Below, in pieces: positions 47,832 to 56,477 of a stretch of 64,000 nucleotides of DNA. Below the pieces are notes generated by a model that did not search any database, had not been told where the DNA came from, and was given only the letters and a program-made list of their open reading frames with translations. Source of the DNA: an uncultured Bacteroidales bacterium. Its GTDB lineage: Bacteria > Bacteroidota > Bacteroidia > Bacteroidales > WCHB1-69. Each line of letters begins with the position of its first letter. Positions within the stretch are counted from its first letter, which is position 1. The DNA is taken from the NCBI GenBank assembly GCA_900317715.1, contig ONHS01000005.1, forward strand, positions 16,694-80,693, in the 5' to 3' direction. Both the position numbers and the translations under genes were made by a program.

Positions 47832-48769
47832 ATATAATTGATGTGCAACATGTTACGAAACGATTTTCGAATCATGTTGCCTTGAATGACGTTTCATTAT
47901 CCGTACCGCAAGGATGCGTTTTCGGGTTGCTGGGACCCAACGGTGCCGGTAAGACGACCCTGATACGCATCCTGATGCGTATTTCATTCCCTGATGAAGG
48001 AGAGATTTTCTTCAAGGGTCACCCTCTGCAATCATCCGACACCTACGACATGGGCTACCTGCCCGAAGAACGGGGGCTTTACAAAAAGATGAAAACGGGC
48101 GAGCAGGCCATCTATCTCGCTCAGCTAAAGGGACTTGAGAAAAATGTTGCCTACAAACGGCTGCGCGCGAAATTCGAGCAGTTCGGCATTATGGACTGGT
48201 GGAATCGTCCTGTGGAGGAGCTTTCCAAAGGTATGCAACAGAAGGTGCAATTCATCACCACCATCCTGCATAAACCCTCGTTTCTGATTCTGGACGAGCC
48301 GTTTAGCGGTTTCGACCCCATCAACACCAACTTATTGAAGGACGAGATTGCGCAACTCAAGAAAGAGGGGACCACGATTGTGCTTTCCACGCACAACATG
48401 GCTTCTGTGGAAGAAATTTGCGACCACATCGCCCTAATCAACCGCTCCCGCAAAATTTTGGAAGGTGATATTTTCGAGATCAAGAACCGTTTCAAGAAGA
48501 ATTTGTTCTCTGTAGAGGTTTCCAATTACTCAGACGAGTTGGTTCAAAATCTTGCGAGCCAGCCCTACGAAATCTGTTCACAAGAACAAAACAGGTATTA
48601 CACCCGTTTTGAAATCAAGATTCCTGAGGTCTCCACTCCCAACGCATTGTTGCAATTTTTCTCTCAATACGCTGATATCCATTCATTTAACGAAATCATG
48701 CCCACTATGAACGAGATTTTCATCGAGCAAGTGGAGCAAGCCAACCAGCAGCAATCCCATGAAGAATAA
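47828..48769 (+). CDS. ABC transporter ATP-binding protein (NatA/YhaQ-like)
   Basis: GPNGAGKT, LSKGMQQK and LDEPFSG motifs. Confidence 0.93.
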   Translation: MNIIDVQHVTKRFSNHVALNDVSLSVPQGCVFGLLGPNGAGKTTLIRILMRISFPDEGEIFFKGHPLQSSDTYDMGYLPEERGLYKKMKTGEQAIYLAQLKGLEKNVAYKRLRAKFEQFGIMDWWNRPVEELSKGMQQKVQFITTILHKPSFLILDEPFSGFDPINTNLLKDEIAQLKKEGTTIVLSTHNMASVEEICDHIALINRSRKILEGDIFEIKNRFKKNLFSVEVSNYSDELVQNLASQPYEICSQEQNRYYTRFEIKIPEVSTPNALLQFFSQYADIHSFNEIMPTMNEIFIEQVEQANQQQSHEE

Positions 48770-50087
48770 GACCTTATTAATCATATCTCGCGAGTATCTC
48801 ACTCGCATACAGAAGAAATCGTTCATCATCATCACCATTTTGATGCCGGTTCTGCTGGTGGCCATGATTGTGTTGCCCGCGCTGCTCATGGTGATGAGCG
48901 AAAAGAAGCAGTTCTCCAATGTGCTGGTCGTTGACGAAAGCGAGATTTTCATCAACAACTTTGTCGATAACGACCATTATGCCTTCACCTACCAGTCAGG
49001 TGACATTGAACAGATCAAAAAAGAGGCTTTTGAACAAGATTACGATGTCGTGTTGCAGATTTTACCTAACACGCAGTCGCTGAAAGCCAACATTTTCTAC
49101 AAGAAAAACCTGCCTTCTGGATTGCAATCGACAGTGGAGAACCAGATGGACGACATCTTCTTCAACCAACTGTTGCGCGACTCACTGCACGTGGAGCCTG
49201 CGAAATTCGATCAACTGAAGCAGTTGACCAAAGCGGAGGCTGTCACCATCCAAATCGACGACAAGGGCAGTGAAAAAGAGCACGATGCATCCGTGAACCA
49301 ACTCTTCGGCATGGGTTGCGGTTTAGTTATCTACTTCATTATCATCATGTTTGCCAGTCAGGTGCTACGCGGCGTGTTGGAAGAGAAAACCAACCGTATT
49401 GTGGAAGTGCTCATCTCCTCGGTGAAGCCCATGCAGTTGCTCATCGGCAAGATTGTGGGTATCGCCTTGGTAGGACTCACGCAACTGGTGATTTGGATTG
49501 TGCTTTCCACGGCGATTCTTGGCGGCATCCAGCTGCTCGCCCCGACCCTTTTCAGTACGGAATCCGTGGAGACGTTGGCAGAGACCCCCGGCGTGAACGT
49601 ACCCGACACCTCATCGCTGACCACTGCCCCGAGCAACATCTTCGAAATGATTCAGAACTACTTCTCCGTCTCTTTCGTCACGATTATCCTTTGCTTCTTC
49701 TTCTACTTCATCGTCGGCTACCTCATCTACTCGACCTTGTATGCAGCTACGGGATCTGTGGTTGATAACGAATCAGACTCTCAGCAATATACGATGCCCA
49801 TCACCCTGCCTTTGTTGTTGGCCATCATCTTCTTGCCGAGCATCTCCACGAACCCCGACGGAACTTTGGCCTTCTGGCTCTCCCTGATTCCACTCACCTC
49901 CCCCATCGCGATGATGATCCGACTGCCCTCGGGCGTGCCCGCATGGGAACTGGCGCTCTCCATGGGACTTGCCCTCGGATTCCTGGTCTTCAGCATCTGG
50001 TTCTCCGCCAAAGTCTATCGCATCGGAATCCTGAACTACGGAAATAAACCGTCGTGGAAGACGATATTCCGGTGGCTGCGGGAGTGA
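48759..50087 (+). CDS. ABC-2 transporter permease (NatB/YhaP-like)
   Basis: REY..R....SF, EEKT.R..E.L.SSV.P..L..GK and P.TSP motifs. Confidence 0.92.
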   Translation: MKNKTLLIISREYLTRIQKKSFIIITILMPVLLVAMIVLPALLMVMSEKKQFSNVLVVDESEIFINNFVDNDHYAFTYQSGDIEQIKKEAFEQDYDVVLQILPNTQSLKANIFYKKNLPSGLQSTVENQMDDIFFNQLLRDSLHVEPAKFDQLKQLTKAEAVTIQIDDKGSEKEHDASVNQLFGMGCGLVIYFIIIMFASQVLRGVLEEKTNRIVEVLISSVKPMQLLIGKIVGIALVGLTQLVIWIVLSTAILGGIQLLAPTLFSTESVETLAETPGVNVPDTSSLTTAPSNIFEMIQNYFSVSFVTIILCFFFYFIVGYLIYSTLYAATGSVVDNESDSQQYTMPITLPLLLAIIFLPSISTNPDGTLAFWLSLIPLTSPIAMMIRLPSGVPAWELALSMGLALGFLVFSIWFSAKVYRIGILNYGNKPSWKTIFRWLRE

Positions 50088-50283
50088 GGACGTGGGAGGT
50101 ATGACGTATGACGTATGACGCGGGACGTGTGACGTGGGACGTGGGATGAGGATGAGATGAGAAGATGAAGACCCTTGAACCTTGAACCTTGAACTTTGAA
50201 CTTGAAACTTGAAACCTGAAACTTCGCCCCTCGACCCTTAAACCCTAAACTCTAAACCCTAAACTCTAAACCCTAAACCCAAA
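50088..50283. repeat. Mosaic spacer of four short-repeat families
   Basis: (GACGTAT/GACGTGG)n, (GATGAG)n, (CTTGAAC/CTTGAAA)n and (CTAAACC/CTAAACT)n in succession. Confidence 0.9.
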
Positions 50284-50284
50284 A

Positions 50285-51628
50285 ATGAACAACGAACACA
50301 GAGGTTTCACCTCGAACATAGGCGCGATATTGGCGGCGGCAGGCGGTGCCGTCGGACTGGGCAACATCTGGCGCTACCCCTATATGTTAGGTCAGAACGG
50401 CGGCGGGGCGTTCCTGCTCGTCAACATGTTTTTCGTGTTAGCAATCGGCATCCCGTTGATGATGACCGAGTTTGTGATTGGTCGCCGGACGCAGAGCAAT
50501 GTGGTAGGCGCGTACAAGAAATTGGAACGGAAGAAGGGGTGGGCCACCATCGGCTATTTCAGCATACTGGCGGCCGTCCTCATATATGCCTTCTACAGCG
50601 TGGTGGCCGGCTGGACACTCAACTACATCGTCTTGTCGTGTACCAACCGTCTGTCCGGGCTGACACCCAACGAGGTCGCCGATGCCTTCTCCTCTTTCAC
50701 CGCGGGCTCGTTTTGGCCGTTGCTGTATCAATTCTGTTTCCTGATGCTTACGGCGTTAGTGATTTCCTTTGGAGTGCAGAAAGGTATCGAAAAGATTTCC
50801 AAGATTCTGATGCCAGTGCTCTTTGTTCTGTTGTTGCTGATGGTTGTCCGTTCATTGACGTTGCCCGGCGCGAAAGAGGGATTGCAATTCCTCTTCGAGC
50901 CCGATTTCAGCAAGCTGACCGGCACGGGCGTGTTAGGCGCGTTAGGACAGTCGTTTTTCTCTCTCAGTCTTGGCATGGGCGCGATGGTGACCTACGGTTC
51001 CTACATCCGCAAGGAGGATTCGCTGTTCAAGACGAGCCTGTGGATTTCCGTTTGTGATCTCATGGTGGCCGTGTTGGCAGGTGTGGTGATCTTCCCCGCA
51101 GTCTTCTCCTTCGGCATGGATCCCGCCGGTGGCCCGCAACTCGTCTATGTGGTGCTGCCAAATGTCTTCAACAGCATGCCGATGGGCGGATTGTTCGCCG
51201 CGGTCTTTTTCATCTTGTTAGGCATTGCCGCCCTGACCTCCACCATCTCCTTGCAGGAAATCGTCGTGGCCTTCACGGTGGAGGAGTTCCACTGGACTCG
51301 CCGCAAAAGTTCGATTGTCAGCATGGTCAGCATTTTTGTCATCGGCATTTTCTGCACCCTGTCGTTCGGGCCGATCAAACACTGGACGCTTTTCGACCGC
51401 ACCATTTTCGACTTCTTCGACCTCGTTACCGCCTCCTACCTGATGCCCATCGGCGCACTGGCGATGACCATCTTCCTCGGCTGGTTCTTCCCGAAAGTCG
51501 AAGTCAAGGACGAGATCACCAACGGCGGCGCACTGAAAGGCAGATTCTTCGAACTTTACTACTTCATCCTGCGTTTTGTTGCCCCGATTGCACTGGTGAT
51601 CATCATCATTTCAGGCATTGTGGGGTAG
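50285..51628 (+). CDS. Sodium-dependent transporter (neurotransmitter:sodium symporter family)
   Basis: AVGLGNIWR.PY...NGGGAF, GQ.FFSLSLG.G...YGSY and ALTS.IS motifs. Confidence 0.95.
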   Translation: MNNEHRGFTSNIGAILAAAGGAVGLGNIWRYPYMLGQNGGGAFLLVNMFFVLAIGIPLMMTEFVIGRRTQSNVVGAYKKLERKKGWATIGYFSILAAVLIYAFYSVVAGWTLNYIVLSCTNRLSGLTPNEVADAFSSFTAGSFWPLLYQFCFLMLTALVISFGVQKGIEKISKILMPVLFVLLLLMVVRSLTLPGAKEGLQFLFEPDFSKLTGTGVLGALGQSFFSLSLGMGAMVTYGSYIRKEDSLFKTSLWISVCDLMVAVLAGVVIFPAVFSFGMDPAGGPQLVYVVLPNVFNSMPMGGLFAAVFFILLGIAALTSTISLQEIVVAFTVEEFHWTRRKSSIVSMVSIFVIGIFCTLSFGPIKHWTLFDRTIFDFFDLVTASYLMPIGALAMTIFLGWFFPKVEVKDEITNGGALKGRFFELYYFILRFVAPIALVIIIISGIVG

Positions 51629-51659
51629 TTAGCAGTTAGCAGTTAGTAGTTAGCAGTTA
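51626..51659. repeat. Heptamer array (TTAGCAG)n starting at the stop codon
   Basis: TAG TTAGCAG TTAGCAG TTAGTAG TTAGCAG. Confidence 0.9.
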
Positions 51660-51675
51660 AACGAGTCTTTGGGGA

Positions 51676-52515
51676 ATGAAGAATTTGTTGAGATTTACCG
51701 TACTTGTTTTTTTGTTGGTGGGTGGCTCGTTGTGGGCGCAGCCAACCGAGAGGGAAAGCCCGGCCGGGGTGTCTGAACGGGCTACTGGACCGTTTGATGA
51801 TTTCTTGAAGTATCCTGTGAAATCGCTTTTGATTAAGGCATCCACGTCAGGTTGTGGGGGCGGTGCAACTCAGGAGATCGAATATTGTCGATTGGGTCGC
51901 AACTTTGTTCTGAAGGATTCCTATGAACGAATTTATGGTATAACGGTTTATGATGGAGGCGATTCGGTGGTAAAAAATTGGCCGACGCGTCACCCGACTT
52001 TTTCAGCGGATGAGCTGGAGACGCTTCTCCGCGACTTTAACGAGCATTATGACCAGGCGGTTTCTTGGAGTCAGTTTGTCATTACCGATGTGGATTTAGA
52101 CAAAATGCGGGATGCCCTCGGTGATTGGGATTTCGCTTTCGATTGCTCTCGGCGTGATCCTGCTTCCCGTCAATGGGCCTGCGACACGATTCTCCAAATC
52201 AGCGACAGTTTGCTTACCAGCATTCTGATGGTTCCGTCCAGTCCTGCATGTACATCTACTAGCGAATTGACCATCCAGCTTACCAACAGTCATGGCGAAA
52301 AACTGGTCTTTGAATGTTATGACGGGGATTGTCGTACAGGGACAGCTCCCTATATGATGCCTATTAAAATTAAGCAGAAAACACAAGATATATATTCCAG
52401 TTACGTGCCGTTCATGCAGTTCGTCGCCACCTTGATGCCGAAGGACATGATCACTCGCGAGAAATTCACCACCCACGAACTCCTCTGCAAAGTCGCCCGC
52501 CAACTTCTGAAATGA
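51676..52515 (+). CDS. Hypothetical secreted protein, paralogous to the C-terminal domain of 52878-54986
   Basis: Signal peptide; shared blocks FLK.P, EL...LRD.N..Y, F.I, I..NS and P...F. Confidence 0.7.
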   Translation: MKNLLRFTVLVFLLVGGSLWAQPTERESPAGVSERATGPFDDFLKYPVKSLLIKASTSGCGGGATQEIEYCRLGRNFVLKDSYERIYGITVYDGGDSVVKNWPTRHPTFSADELETLLRDFNEHYDQAVSWSQFVITDVDLDKMRDALGDWDFAFDCSRRDPASRQWACDTILQISDSLLTSILMVPSSPACTSTSELTIQLTNSHGEKLVFECYDGDCRTGTAPYMMPIKIKQKTQDIYSSYVPFMQFVATLMPKDMITREKFTTHELLCKVARQLLK

Positions 52516-52522
52516 CGGTTCG

Positions 52523-52765
52523 TTGATAAAGTATTCTTCGACAAAAAAAAGCAAACACGAACTTGATTTTGTTTTGCCCGCTGAGGAGGGCATTCAGATC
52601 GTGGAGATGAAATCCGGGAGCAATTTCCGTCGTCACGCATCCTTGGATTACGCTTTGGCGCATTCACATTCTATAATATCCGAGGCCATAGTGCTTTGTA
52701 ACTCCAATGTGATGCTGGCTAATGGTATTCGCTACCTGCCGCTATATATGGCTATGTTTTTATGA
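52523..52765 (+). pseudogene. 3' remnant of an AAA+ ATPase/DUF4143 protein
   Basis: ELDFV....I..VE.KSG...RH.SL and I.YLPLYM..FL match the C-terminus of that family; the ATPase part is absent. Confidence 0.7.
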
Positions 52766-52806
52766 ATATTACTTCTATTTGAAATTATAAGATACGTTAG
52801 TCTGCG

Positions 52807-52970
52807 AAATCTTCGGGAAAACCAATAAAAGTGTATTTTCGCAGCCTCTTATCAAACAAATTTCTAAACGTTAAAAAATGAAAGAAAAGACTGCATTCAT
52901 CACTGGGGCCAACAAAGGAATCGGATTCGGCATTGCAAAACATCTCGGCATGAGCGGCTGGAGAATCATC
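52807..52970 (+). repeat. 164-bp direct repeat, copy 1 (upstream region plus first 31 codons of an SDR gene)
   Basis: Matches 54993-55156 with 6 mismatches by manual comparison. Confidence 0.95.
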
Positions 52971-54986
52971 CCCCTTGTGCTGGTCATTCTTTCATTGCTG
53001 TTCTCGGGTATAGCGCAGGAGCGCGAAAACCGTGACTATCGTGCTGAACTTGATTTGCTGGGCGGCTTTCCCCTCTTCGCGCTCGCACCTGACGGAACAT
53101 GTTGGCTGACATCGGGGCGGGGCAAAGTCTATTACACCGATGACATCCACTCCGACTGGCATTGCGCCTCACCGCTCTTTCTCGTTAACGATAACACTTG
53201 GATAACCGTACATCAGTTCTCTTTTATAGACACAAACACCGCCATGGCCGTCACATACGACGAATGGGGGAAAAGGAGTCATTGCTATCGCACTGAAGAC
53301 CGTGGCAAAAGTTGGTTACAGCAAACCGTAAGCGGGGATGTTGTTCTTCAACAAGTTTGCACAGATGACCAAGATCATATTTGGTTGACTGGATCCGGCA
53401 AAGAAGCTGTTCTCTATTATTCCGAAGACCATGGCGTAACCTTCACGCCACTGGAACGGCCGGTTATTTCAACAGATTGGGTAAATGTCACGGCATTTGA
53501 CATGCGCGACGGGCTGTACGGCTTAGCTGGAGTCAACATCAAGCACGACACCTTTCCGCTCATGCTGACGGAAGACAATTGGCGCACTTCAAAGCGGATT
53601 CCCACACCGTTAGGAGAAGGTAAAGAAATCAACAAGGTGTTGATATGGAATGATTTATGGGTGATTCGGCAGGGAAGAGAGGTCTATTACTCCTCTTCTC
53701 AAGATCTTCAGTGGCAGCGTTTTCCAGTCAAAGTCACGGATTTTTATCCTGACAGGGAACGCGGACATCTGATTGCCATCACCGACAATCTTGACTTGCT
53801 TGATTTCAGCTCCCCCACGGATTACCGGCCGTTCACCCGCGAACCACTGCCCGCAAAGCCTACAGAGGCCGCTGTCTATCACGGAACGCTGTATGTGTGG
53901 GCGGGTTTCCTCTGCAAGGCGAACGAGGATGGGGTGGTTGTTGCTTTCCGTGGCTATACTACGGAGGAAGACATCGAAAAGCCCTATATGGTGAGAGACG
54001 GCGGCCAGCAGCTTTGGGGCGTTGACTTCCGCAACACACTCTGCTTCGCCGACAAATCGGATGGCAGATGGTATCGCAAGCGGTATCTTCCAATGGATGT
54101 CGAAACATTCAAACTATTAAGTGACAGTGTGGCGCTGTTTTGGGACGGGCAGCGGCATTACACATACTCCCTTGCCGACGATCAGCTGCGTCCTTACACC
54201 CTTTCCGCGCCTTTGGAGGGTTTTCTGAAAGCACCGATAATCGAGGTCGTTCTCTGCGGCGGGCTTACCAAATATCGTAGAGACACGGTCCGTTATCTTG
54301 TCACATCTGACGGCGATCTGCAGGCGAGCCATGCCACGTTGGTCTTGGACCAGTATGATCCGTGCTTTCCGAAAGCCAACGCCAAATACAAACGGAAAAG
54401 CATAAAGTTCCCGCATACCGCCAGTCGTCACGAATTGGACAGCATCCTTCGCGACATCAACCGCGACTACGCCCGCATTCCCAACATCGCCGAATTTCAA
54501 ATCGCTGAAAAAGACCGCCGGAAATACTACAAACTATTGGACGAATTGGACAAAAAGGACATGATGTATGTGTACCCCAGAAGAAGAACTAATGCTTTTG
54601 ATTATGATTATGCGGAGAATTTCTACCAATCAGTGCCAGATCGAATCGACACGCTGAGTGCCAACACAGTACGGAAAATCCTGTACAAAGATGAAAATTG
54701 GCGGACGACTGGCGGAGTCTATTGGTTCGAGGTTCAGGTCATCAACAGCCGTCATGACACGCTCAGTTTCATCCATTTCAATTTGCGTAACGAATATGCC
54801 TGGTTCATCCCGTGGTTGACGGAATACAACGGCATACCGTTCCGGTGTTACAGCATGGCACTTTCACGCTGGGTCTCGGCCTGCCTTCCAGAGAAGTTTC
54901 ACGTCAAGGGGAGTTTCGACAACGCCCGTTTCCTGCTGCAGATAGCGGACTATCTCTGGAAACGGGAGGGTTTGGGTTTACGGTAG
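52878..54986 (+). CDS. Chimeric secreted protein: SDR-derived N-terminus, signal peptide, BNR/Asp-box propeller and unknown C-terminal domain
   Basis: TGANKGIG fused to PLVLVILSLLFSGIAQ; Asp-boxes TEDRGKSW and SEDHGVTF. Confidence 0.75.
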   Translation: MKEKTAFITGANKGIGFGIAKHLGMSGWRIIPLVLVILSLLFSGIAQERENRDYRAELDLLGGFPLFALAPDGTCWLTSGRGKVYYTDDIHSDWHCASPLFLVNDNTWITVHQFSFIDTNTAMAVTYDEWGKRSHCYRTEDRGKSWLQQTVSGDVVLQQVCTDDQDHIWLTGSGKEAVLYYSEDHGVTFTPLERPVISTDWVNVTAFDMRDGLYGLAGVNIKHDTFPLMLTEDNWRTSKRIPTPLGEGKEINKVLIWNDLWVIRQGREVYYSSSQDLQWQRFPVKVTDFYPDRERGHLIAITDNLDLLDFSSPTDYRPFTREPLPAKPTEAAVYHGTLYVWAGFLCKANEDGVVVAFRGYTTEEDIEKPYMVRDGGQQLWGVDFRNTLCFADKSDGRWYRKRYLPMDVETFKLLSDSVALFWDGQRHYTYSLADDQLRPYTLSAPLEGFLKAPIIEVVLCGGLTKYRRDTVRYLVTSDGDLQASHATLVLDQYDPCFPKANAKYKRKSIKFPHTASRHELDSILRDINRDYARIPNIAEFQIAEKDRRKYYKLLDELDKKDMMYVYPRRRTNAFDYDYAENFYQSVPDRIDTLSANTVRKILYKDENWRTTGGVYWFEVQVINSRHDTLSFIHFNLRNEYAWFIPWLTEYNGIPFRCYSMALSRWVSACLPEKFHVKGSFDNARFLLQIADYLWKREGLGLR

Positions 54987-54992
54987 TTTCCA

Positions 54993-55156
54993 AAATCTTC
55001 GGGAAAACCAATAAAAGTGTATTTTCGCGGCCTCTTATCAAACAAATTCCTAAACGTTAAAAAATGAAGGAAAAGACTGCATTCATCACTGGAGCCAACA
55101 AAGGAATCGGATTCGGCATTGCGAAACATCTCGGCCTGAGCGGCTGGAGAATCATC
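54993..55156 (+). repeat. 164-bp direct repeat, copy 2
   Basis: Matches 52807-52970. Confidence 0.95.
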
Positions 55157-55318
55157 ATCGGGGCGCGAAATTAGGAGCGTGCGGAGAAGGCCATACGCGA
55201 GCTCACCGCCTTGGGCATCGACGTGCCCGGATGGGTATGCATGGAGCTGGCCGACCTTGCGAGCGTGGAAAACGCCCTGCTATGTTCTATTCAGCGGGAA
55301 AAATATCAGGAAAAATAG
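55064..55318 (+). pseudogene. Truncated short-chain dehydrogenase (SDR) gene
   Basis: MKEKTAFITGANKGIGFGIA...IIGARN, in-frame TAG at 55172, then ERAEKAI..L...ELADLASV; SDR similarity ends near 55280. Confidence 0.85.
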
Positions 55319-55345
55319 TACTTTTGCAGCCGAAAAACAGCTGTG

Positions 55346-56371
55346 ATGGTCACGAAACAGGAACAACAATTGCTTGACGCACTCAATGAGTATCAATCGT
55401 TGGGAATTTCGGAACAGATAGACTACAAAAAATTCTATCTGTATTCCATTATTACCCATTCCACGGCTATTGAGGGGAGTACCGTCACGGAAATTGAGAA
55501 CCAGCTGCTGTTTGATGAGGGTATTGCCGCGAAGGGACGAAGTATGCAGGAACAGCTGATGAACCTTGACCTGAAAGCGGCTTACGAACATTCAATGCAG
55601 CTTGCCGAGCAGCATAAGGATTTTTCCGTGGAAATGCTGAAAACATTGTCCGCACTGGTTATGAAAAACACGGGAAGTGCGTACAATACAGTGCAAGGTT
55701 CATTTGATGCGTCCAAAGGGGACTTGCGTTTAGTCAGCGTCACCGCCGGAATCGGTGGACGCTCCTATATGGATTATCGGAAAGTTCCGGAAAAATTGCA
55801 GGAGTTCTGTCTGCAGTTGAACGAAATGAGACGGCAGCTTGTCAATTCTAACGATTTGATCGCTAAATATCTGTTGACGTTCGATGCCCATTATCAATTG
55901 GTGACCATTCATCCCTGGGTAGATGGCAACGGACGCATGTCCAGATTGGTGATGAATCATCTGCAATATGAATTCGGACTGGTGCCCGTGAAAATCAACA
56001 AAGCAGACAAAGCAGAGTACATCCAGTCGTTGGTTGATTCAAGGGAACAGGAAAGTACAGAACTATTCCGTCGGTTTATGCTGGAACAGCACACCCGCAA
56101 CATCCGCAAAGAGATTGAGGAGTTCAAGGAATCCCAGTCCGCTGACCCGATAAAACCGCTTTCTGACCCGATAAAACGTTTCGCTGACCCGATAACGGAA
56201 CGGCTCTATCAAGCTCTATTGAAAGACAACGATCTCAATTATGCGACGTACGGTGCTCTGTTGGGCGTGTCTGAGGCGACTGTCAAGCGCCGACTCGGCG
56301 AGTTGAAGACAGCGGGCTATATCACTCGCGTCGGCAGCAACAAGAGCGGACATTGGGAGGTGTTGAAATAA
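55346..56371 (+). CDS. Fic family protein with C-terminal HTH
   Basis: STAIEG inhibitory-helix motif, HPWVDGNGRMSR Fic motif, DPIK linker repeats, HTH ending G.I.RVGS.K.G.W; -7 box at 55319. Confidence 0.92.
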   Translation: MVTKQEQQLLDALNEYQSLGISEQIDYKKFYLYSIITHSTAIEGSTVTEIENQLLFDEGIAAKGRSMQEQLMNLDLKAAYEHSMQLAEQHKDFSVEMLKTLSALVMKNTGSAYNTVQGSFDASKGDLRLVSVTAGIGGRSYMDYRKVPEKLQEFCLQLNEMRRQLVNSNDLIAKYLLTFDAHYQLVTIHPWVDGNGRMSRLVMNHLQYEFGLVPVKINKADKAEYIQSLVDSREQESTELFRRFMLEQHTRNIRKEIEEFKESQSADPIKPLSDPIKRFADPITERLYQALLKDNDLNYATYGALLGVSEATVKRRLGELKTAGYITRVGSNKSGHWEVLK

Positions 56372-56451
56372 ACGGAAAGTTCGGTACAAGGTGATTCCGT
56401 TTGTGTGGTAGTGGGATGCCCGTAGAATCTGCTGATTTGCGCAGAAAACAT

Positions 56452-56477
56452 GGAGACGTTACGCATTGCGTCCCTAC
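56452..56477 (-). repeat. GTAG-type REP overlapping the stop codon of 56474-57661
   Basis: Minus strand GTAG-GGACGCAATGCGTAACGTCTCC; the TAG is the stop at 56474-56476. Confidence 0.65.

Noticed and set aside
50238-50283. CCCTAAA units identical to the plant telomere repeat
   Set aside because: The array is short, degenerate, embedded in bacterial sequence, and only one of many heptamer families here; it is not evidence of contamination or a telomere.
55172-55174. In-frame TAG in the SDR copy as possible stop-codon recoding
   Set aside because: TAG ends many genuine genes here and the SDR is truncated shortly after, so a nonsense mutation is simpler.
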